In this document: positions 58,460 to 64,000 of the stretch, one piece after another
Position numbering within the stretch: the first letter of the stretch is position 1
Layout: each line of letters starts with the position of its first letter
Notes under the pieces: generated by a model
Seen by the model: only the letters and a program-made list of their open reading frames with translations
What the model was told of the DNA's origin: nothing
The model's database searches: none
DNA from: Marinicella sp.
Lineage (GTDB): Bacteria; Pseudomonadota; Gammaproteobacteria; Xanthomonadales; Marinicellaceae
Direction: 5' to 3'
Length of the DNA: 64,000 bases
NCBI GenBank assembly: GCA_965230295.1
Contig: OZ246001.1
Location: 1,696,001-1,760,000 of the forward strand
Program-made: the position numbers and the translations under genes

Positions 58460-60655
58460 ATGACAAAGTCATTCAGATTGAATTTACACCTAAATGCAAA
58501 TATATTTACACTTGTGTTGGTTTCATTTACCACGTATCAAGTTGAAGTCCTGGCTTCAACTGACCCAAGCGATCGTTTTGAGGTGAGCCAATCCATCGAT
58601 ATTCCTACACTAGAAAAAGAAGGTGTCTTGTTGGATGGGCATCTTGATGAACCTGTGTGGCAGCAAGCCGCTTTGATTGATGATTTTCATCAAATCAACC
58701 CAAATGAGTACCAACAGCCAACTCAATATACAGTGGTTAGGTTGTTCATCACCGATGAACATTTGTATGTGGGCGCAGTCTTGCATGACACCCATCCGGA
58801 CCTGATTGTGGCCAAACAACTGAATCAAAGGGGGCGCATGTCAAATGACGATCAGTTTTGGATACTTTTGGACACTTTTAATGATCAGCGCAACGGTTAT
58901 TACTTGCAAGCCAATGCCAACAGCATTGGCGGAGATGCCTTGGTAGAAAATAACAGCAACATGATTTGGGACTGGGACGGGATTTGGGAAGTCAAATCGC
59001 AGCGAGGTGATTTTGGCTGGAGCTTGGAAATGAAAATCCCATTCAAAACCTTGTCATATGATGCCGACAACCCGGTTTGGGGGTTCAACATGGGCCGAGC
59101 CATCAGTCGTTTGAATGAAGAGATACAATGGTCTTCCAAAGGCAGGCAAGATTTTTCAGAAGCGCCCGCCTATGCAGGTCAACTCAATGGCATGGATATT
59201 CCCCCTGCTGGGTTGAGTTTGGATGTGGTGCCTTCTGTTGCATTGGCTGAAGGTGACTTGAATCAAGGTGTGAACACCTTGGAACCTGCGTTGGATGTTT
59301 TTTATCGACCCAATGCCACCAACACCCTGGCCTTAACACTGAATACAGATTTTTCAGCCACTGAGGTCGATGACAGACAGGTTAACCTGACCCGGTTTTC
59401 CCTGTTCTTTCCCGAAAAAAGAGATTTTTTCTTGCAAGATGCTGGTATTTTTGAGTTTGGTGGGCTCTCAGGCAATGGCAACCCGTTTTTTTCTCGCAGC
59501 ATAGGCATAGGTGAGAATGGTGTGCCTTTATCACTGCAAGCAGGCGTTAAGTGGACAGGGCGGCAAGGGCGATACAGTTATGGTGTTCTGGGTATTCAGC
59601 AAGACGATCCGGTTACCGGGCTAAACAGTGAATTGGGGATTGCCCGGCTGTCAGCAAACGTGCTGAATGAATCTCAATTTGGAGCCATCATGACTTATGG
59701 AGATCCAAACTCTGATCAAAGGGCCAGCACCGCGGGGTTGGATTTCAGGTATAGAAACAGCCAACTGGCAGGCAGTTCAAATACAATGTCACTGAATACT
59801 TTTGTTCAACAAACCAAGCAAGCCAACTCTTCAGGTGATGATATGGCTTATGGTTTTGATTGGCGATTTCCCAATGATCGGCACACGGCCAGGTTCAGGG
59901 CCACAGAAATTCAAAATAACTTTGCGCCAGCTTTGGGTTTTGTCAATCGCACCCATATCAGGGATTATTTAAGCTACTACCGCTTTCAGGTCAGGCCATC
60001 ACATGAAAAAATCAGGGCAGTGAAGTATTGGCTGTGGTTGGAAATGGTCACGGATTTAGACAATCAGCTTGAATCAAGGTCTTTTTTTACTTTTGTTGGT
60101 ATTAATGGTGTCAGAGATGATTGGGCGACTTTACAGTTCAGGAATGCCCGAGAAGTGTTGTCTGAATCATTTGAAATATCGCCAGGAATCATCATTCCTG
60201 AAGGTGGTTACGGTTGGCAGGAACTGTCTTTTTTTTATGGAACAGATGCCGGACGAAAGTGGTCGATAGAAGGTAATCTGAGGTCTGGCGGCTTTTATGG
60301 TGGGGATAAAAAATCGATGAAAGTAACCACCCGATGGAAGCCATCAAGTCATTTCAATGTGGCTCTGAATTATCAAATGAACAGCATTAAATTGCCTCAG
60401 GGGGACTTCATCACCAGATTGGCCAGTATCAATAACAACATAGCCATCAATGCCGAATGGTCCATCATCACCAACCTGCAATATGACAATGTATCGGACA
60501 CCTTGGGCATCAATTCAAGGCTGCGATGGGTTCCAAAAGTTGGGCAAGAGTTTTTTCTGGTATACAACCACAACGCTGATGTTGATGATGATCACAGCCT
60601 AATAAACAGACAACATTCAACTACACTCAAAGCCAGTTATACATATAGATTTTAA
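58460..60655 (+). CDS. Outer-membrane protein with N-terminal CBM9/DOMON-like domain and DUF5916-like beta-barrel
   Basis: LDGHLDEPVW, GWSLEMKIPF, LNTDFSATEVD and RFSLFFPEKRDFFLQ motifs; terminal LKASYTYRF. Confidence 0.8.
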   Translation: MTKSFRLNLHLNANIFTLVLVSFTTYQVEVLASTDPSDRFEVSQSIDIPTLEKEGVLLDGHLDEPVWQQAALIDDFHQINPNEYQQPTQYTVVRLFITDEHLYVGAVLHDTHPDLIVAKQLNQRGRMSNDDQFWILLDTFNDQRNGYYLQANANSIGGDALVENNSNMIWDWDGIWEVKSQRGDFGWSLEMKIPFKTLSYDADNPVWGFNMGRAISRLNEEIQWSSKGRQDFSEAPAYAGQLNGMDIPPAGLSLDVVPSVALAEGDLNQGVNTLEPALDVFYRPNATNTLALTLNTDFSATEVDDRQVNLTRFSLFFPEKRDFFLQDAGIFEFGGLSGNGNPFFSRSIGIGENGVPLSLQAGVKWTGRQGRYSYGVLGIQQDDPVTGLNSELGIARLSANVLNESQFGAIMTYGDPNSDQRASTAGLDFRYRNSQLAGSSNTMSLNTFVQQTKQANSSGDDMAYGFDWRFPNDRHTARFRATEIQNNFAPALGFVNRTHIRDYLSYYRFQVRPSHEKIRAVKYWLWLEMVTDLDNQLESRSFFTFVGINGVRDDWATLQFRNAREVLSESFEISPGIIIPEGGYGWQELSFFYGTDAGRKWSIEGNLRSGGFYGGDKKSMKVTTRWKPSSHFNVALNYQMNSIKLPQGDFITRLASINNNIAINAEWSIITNLQYDNVSDTLGINSRLRWVPKVGQEFFLVYNHNADVDDDHSLINRQHSTTLKASYTYRF
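58491..58512. promoter_or_regulatory. Putative BlaI-family operator, copy 2 (inverted)
   Basis: TAAATGCAAATATATTTACACT; core TGCAAATATATTTACA is an imperfect palindrome. Confidence 0.6.
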
Positions 60656-60677
60656 TCAACAACAAGCAGGAAAAAAC

Positions 60678-61547
60678 ATGAAACACATCCAAGTCATTAC
60701 TTCACTGATTGGTTTTATTGTATACAACCCAACCACGGCAGCCCCATGGTCGCCAGATGGTCAAAAGATTGCATACAGCTATATAGGCAATCCTGAAAAC
60801 ATATATGTTGTGGATCAGGATGGCAACAACCCGATAACACTGTTGGCCAGGGCACAAAGAGACTTCAGGCCGGAATGGTCGCCAGATGGCTCACACCTGA
60901 TCATCACTTCTGTTGTGGACAAAAAACATGTCACTTATACAGTTGATCTATCAGGAAAAGCAAAACAAATCACCACCGTTGAGGACGTCATAGGTGGTGC
61001 TCAATACAACAGTGATGGAACCCAATTTTTATATTTCACTGATGAACCAAGACCCAGAGACTTGTATGTCCGAAATTTGAAATCAGGGCGTGATGAACGA
61101 TTAACAAATACCCCTGGTTATGATGAATACAGTGCCCGTTGGAACTCAGATAACCAGCAAATAGTCTATGTCAAAAAAGGCATAGCATCAGAAGCACCAG
61201 GAGATTTGTGGCTGTTAAACCGACTAACAGGAGAAAATCAAAACATCACCAAAACGAGCAAGTTGGATGAATTTCACCCATCATGGTCGCACGATGGCCA
61301 GAAAATTGTGTTCATTGAAGTCAATACCGGCCAATTCAACGTAGTGATGCTGGACCTCAACACGATGAAACGTCATAAACTGGCAAGTGGTGAAGGATAT
61401 GCTGTATTGTCACCGCATTTTTCACCAGATGATAAGTGGGTGTCTTTCACACGTACAGACTTTGCAGAAAAAGCAGAAAACCTGCCAGCCATCGTTAAGG
61501 TGTGTATAGAAAACAAGCAAGAAGTATTGATCACCAGATGGAAATGA
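60678..61547 (+). CDS. Exported TolB-like (PD40) beta-propeller protein
   Basis: Signal-like N-terminus; repeated PWSPDG, PEWSPDG, PSWSHDG and PHFSPD blades. Confidence 0.85.
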   Translation: MKHIQVITSLIGFIVYNPTTAAPWSPDGQKIAYSYIGNPENIYVVDQDGNNPITLLARAQRDFRPEWSPDGSHLIITSVVDKKHVTYTVDLSGKAKQITTVEDVIGGAQYNSDGTQFLYFTDEPRPRDLYVRNLKSGRDERLTNTPGYDEYSARWNSDNQQIVYVKKGIASEAPGDLWLLNRLTGENQNITKTSKLDEFHPSWSHDGQKIVFIEVNTGQFNVVMLDLNTMKRHKLASGEGYAVLSPHFSPDDKWVSFTRTDFAEKAENLPAIVKVCIENKQEVLITRWK

Positions 61548-61656
61548 GTCATTCAATGATGATTGAATAGAGTCCAAAAAACCACAACAGATTGTTTGCC
61601 ATGGATACGGACTGGTCTGACAGGTTATAATTTTATTTTTTTATGCAGGATAGGCC

Positions 61657-62028
61657 ATGAAAAATCAGGTGATCAATCTCAAAGAAAAGGCCGCACTGAT
61701 CAAAGACCATTGGTCACCAAGGGTGGTGGGAGAGGTTGATGACAGCTATGTCAAAATTGCCAAAGTCAAAGGTGAATTCACCTGGCATGACCATCAAGAG
61801 GATGAGTTTTTCATGGTGTTGGAAGGTGAACTAGAAATTCAAATGGAGCACGAAGTGGTGCTGCTGCAACAAGGTGAAATGTATGTGGTTCCCAAAGGTG
61901 TGATGCACAACCCGGTGGCTAAAGAAGAATGTACCGTGATGTTGTTCGAAAAGAAAAGCACCCGGCATACAGGCGATGTTCAGGCCGATTTAACCAAAGA
62001 CATCAACGACCAACTCAAGCCCTTATAA
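61657..62028 (+). CDS. Cupin domain protein
   Basis: HWSPRVV, GEFTWHDH..DEFF and VVPKGVMHNP motifs. Confidence 0.9.
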   Translation: MKNQVINLKEKAALIKDHWSPRVVGEVDDSYVKIAKVKGEFTWHDHQEDEFFMVLEGELEIQMEHEVVLLQQGEMYVVPKGVMHNPVAKEECTVMLFEKKSTRHTGDVQADLTKDINDQLKPL

Positions 62029-62049
62029 CGGACCGCCCACGGTGATGAG

Positions 62050-62724
62050 ATGACTTCGCAGGAGCAAAAACTAACATTTGATATCGATGAAGAATTCATT
62101 CGTCAGGCCGAAGATGACATTTATCGTATTTTATTGCAACAACGGCGGCAATTTAACCAGCGTTGGCAAAACCACAAAACCATGAATAAAGTGAAAGTTT
62201 TTCTGCGCTATTTGGGTTTGTTGTTGTGTGTTGCAGGAGCTTTGATCTGTGCCGGATCCCTGTTTCTCGGGATGGCTTGGGACCATCGGGTATGGCCTTT
62301 GTGGTCCTTGTTGGTGTTGTTTGTGCTGTTGGCATGGTTCTTCATCAAAAATCCTGTACTTGAACAACGGGCAAAAAAATGGACGGAACGGGTCAGTCAA
62401 AAAAGTTGCCGTAAACTGGCCAAAAAATGTGTCAAGCAGGCTGATGGCATGGTGCCTTTCCAAGCGCAATATGAAATCAAAGGAAATTTGATCAGCTATT
62501 ACCGAAAACAGCCCGAAGCGGATGAAACCAGTGAACATTGGCAGTTTGTTTGGAATCGAAAAATGGCCGGATTTGCTGTCCATTCCAGACACGCAACGGT
62601 GTTTTTTAAAAAAGAGCGGTCAATCCAACCAACCATCATCGTGCTGCACCATGGTGCCAGTGAGGTGCAAAGGATTCTGTCTTCTTTGAACATCAATTCA
62701 CAAAACATTGAAAGCCATGATTGA
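62050..62724 (+). CDS. Hypothetical membrane protein (two TM helices)
   Basis: 224-aa ORF with two hydrophobic segments, within an operon-like run of genes. Confidence 0.65.
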   Translation: MTSQEQKLTFDIDEEFIRQAEDDIYRILLQQRRQFNQRWQNHKTMNKVKVFLRYLGLLLCVAGALICAGSLFLGMAWDHRVWPLWSLLVLFVLLAWFFIKNPVLEQRAKKWTERVSQKSCRKLAKKCVKQADGMVPFQAQYEIKGNLISYYRKQPEADETSEHWQFVWNRKMAGFAVHSRHATVFFKKERSIQPTIIVLHHGASEVQRILSSLNINSQNIESHD

Positions 62725-63205
62725 CCCTAAAATCATCATTTTTGGAAACTCGGGTTCAGGTAAGTCCACACTGGCAAAAAAACTATCCAGAAAGCACAAT
62801 GTATCACACCTTGACTTAGACATGTTGGCCTGGCAAACCACGGATCCACCGACCAGAAGGTCGCTGAATGAATCAGCCCATACAATCGATCAATTCATCT
62901 CAGAAAACAAGGGCTGGGTCATAGAAGGTTGTTATGTTGATTTATTACAAATGGTCGAGGGTGAAGCGAATCAAGCCATTTTTATGAACCTATCGATTAA
63001 GCGGTGCCAAGACAATGCCCGTAACCGGCCATGGGAGCCGCATAAATATGTGTCCAAAGCGGCACAAGATGCCAACCTGGATATGTTGTTGGACTGGATC
63101 GCAGATTACGAGAATCGTGATGATGAGTTTTCCTACCGGGCGCACCGGACGTTGTATAATCAATTCGCTAAAAATAAACAGGAAATAACCCGGAACCCAT
63201 CATGA
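62717..63205 (+). CDS. P-loop kinase (adenylate kinase/topology-modulation FlaR-like)
   Basis: GNSGSGKST, HLDLD, WVIEG and RPWEPHKY motifs. Confidence 0.8.
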   Translation: MIDPKIIIFGNSGSGKSTLAKKLSRKHNVSHLDLDMLAWQTTDPPTRRSLNESAHTIDQFISENKGWVIEGCYVDLLQMVEGEANQAIFMNLSIKRCQDNARNRPWEPHKYVSKAAQDANLDMLLDWIADYENRDDEFSYRAHRTLYNQFAKNKQEITRNPS

Positions 63206-63214
63206 GAAAGTTTA

Positions 63215-63664
63215 ATGAAAACCCGTGAACAATTTGACCACGCTTTTCCTGTTCAGGTGGACGTACCAGTGCAATGGGGTGATATGGATGCCTTTGGTCA
63301 CGTCAACAACACCGTCTACTTCAAGTTTTTTGAGACGGCCAGATTGGCTTATTTCAATGCGGTGGGGGTGATGGATGACATGCAAAAAGATCAATTGGGC
63401 CCTATCTTGGCAGAGACCAATGCTCAATTCAGGCGTGCACTGGTGTTTCCTGATCAAGTGGTGGTTGGTGCCAATGTCAAAGAAAACCATGAATATGGTT
63501 TCTTGATGCAGTATGGGGTGTTCAGTGAGCAGCAACAAACCGTCTCAACGTTGGGAACCGGTCGGATCGTGATGGTGGATTACAACAGCGGCCAGAAAGT
63601 CAAACCTTCAAAGAAGCTTTTGGGGTTGATTGCGACATTACAACAAGCCCATGAAAGCGCTTGA
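63215..63664 (+). CDS. Acyl-CoA thioesterase (4HBT-like hotdog fold)
   Basis: WGDMDAFGHVNNTVY..FETAR motif. Confidence 0.9.
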   Translation: MKTREQFDHAFPVQVDVPVQWGDMDAFGHVNNTVYFKFFETARLAYFNAVGVMDDMQKDQLGPILAETNAQFRRALVFPDQVVVGANVKENHEYGFLMQYGVFSEQQQTVSTLGTGRIVMVDYNSGQKVKPSKKLLGLIATLQQAHESA

Positions 63665-64000
63665 ATTAAAAATCCCACCGGCTTTGTTGGTATTGATTTT
63701 TGGGCTTTTGATGTGGTTGGTGGATCAGGTGTTGCCGCAATTCAAAGAAACCGGCGTCCTTTATCAGTGGTTGAGCATGGCTGTATTTGGGTTGTCCCTG
63801 TTGTGTGTGGCTTTGGGTGTTGCCAGTTTCAGGCATGCCAAGACCACAGTTGACCCCACCCAACCACAAAACGCATCATCAGTGGTCACTGGAGGCATTT
63901 ACCGATACACCCGCAACCCCATGTATTTGGGCTTTTTGTTGATGTTGATGGCTTTTGCGATCAAACTGGCAAACCCTGTGACATTAACCATGCTGCCTGT
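63651..64000 (+). CDS. Isoprenylcysteine carboxyl methyltransferase family protein (truncated by the window end; absent from the ORF track)
   Basis: Translated by hand: MKALELKIPP...SFRHAKTTVDP...VVTGGIYRYTRNPMYLG. Confidence 0.88.
   Translation, partial: MKALELKIPPALLVLIFGLLMWLVDQVLPQFKETGVLYQWLSMAVFGLSLLCVALGVASFRHAKTTVDPTQPQNASSVVTGGIYRYTRNPMYLGFLLMLMAFAIKLANPVTLTMLP

Overview
Chromosomal replication-origin region of a moderately AT-rich gammaproteobacterium. Gene content and style suggest a marine Xanthomonadales/Marinicella-like organism (inference, not verified). The core is mnmE-yidC-rnpA-rpmH divergent from dnaA-[oriC: DnaA boxes, IHF site, AT-rich tract]-dnaN-recF (two parS palindromes inside)-gyrB. 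It is followed by a Grx4 fusion protein, tRNA-Lys(UUU), yceI/cytochrome b561/xth and ruvCAB-ybgC-tolQRAB with no pal/cpoB after tolB. The left flank holds an ODP-like MBL protein, a CPA1 antiporter, TerC, a 3-hydroxyanthranilate degradation operon, DUF885, hemE, MATE and a BaeSR/Spy-like module. The right flank holds a PLP decarboxylase, a spondin-domain protein with a DxxFxxxFE C-terminal motif, an ABC exporter, a two-subunit bacterioferritin, a B12 radical SAM enzyme and an active plus a degenerate GGDEF pair. It also has a BlaI plus M56-HEAT sensor pair transcribed divergently from a DUF5916-like outer-membrane protein and a PD40 propeller, with a 21/22-bp inverted operator-like repeat; this is the best candidate for an uncharacterised system. 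I saw no CRISPR array, transposase, prophage or rRNA. All product calls come from motif recognition by eye; no database searches were run.
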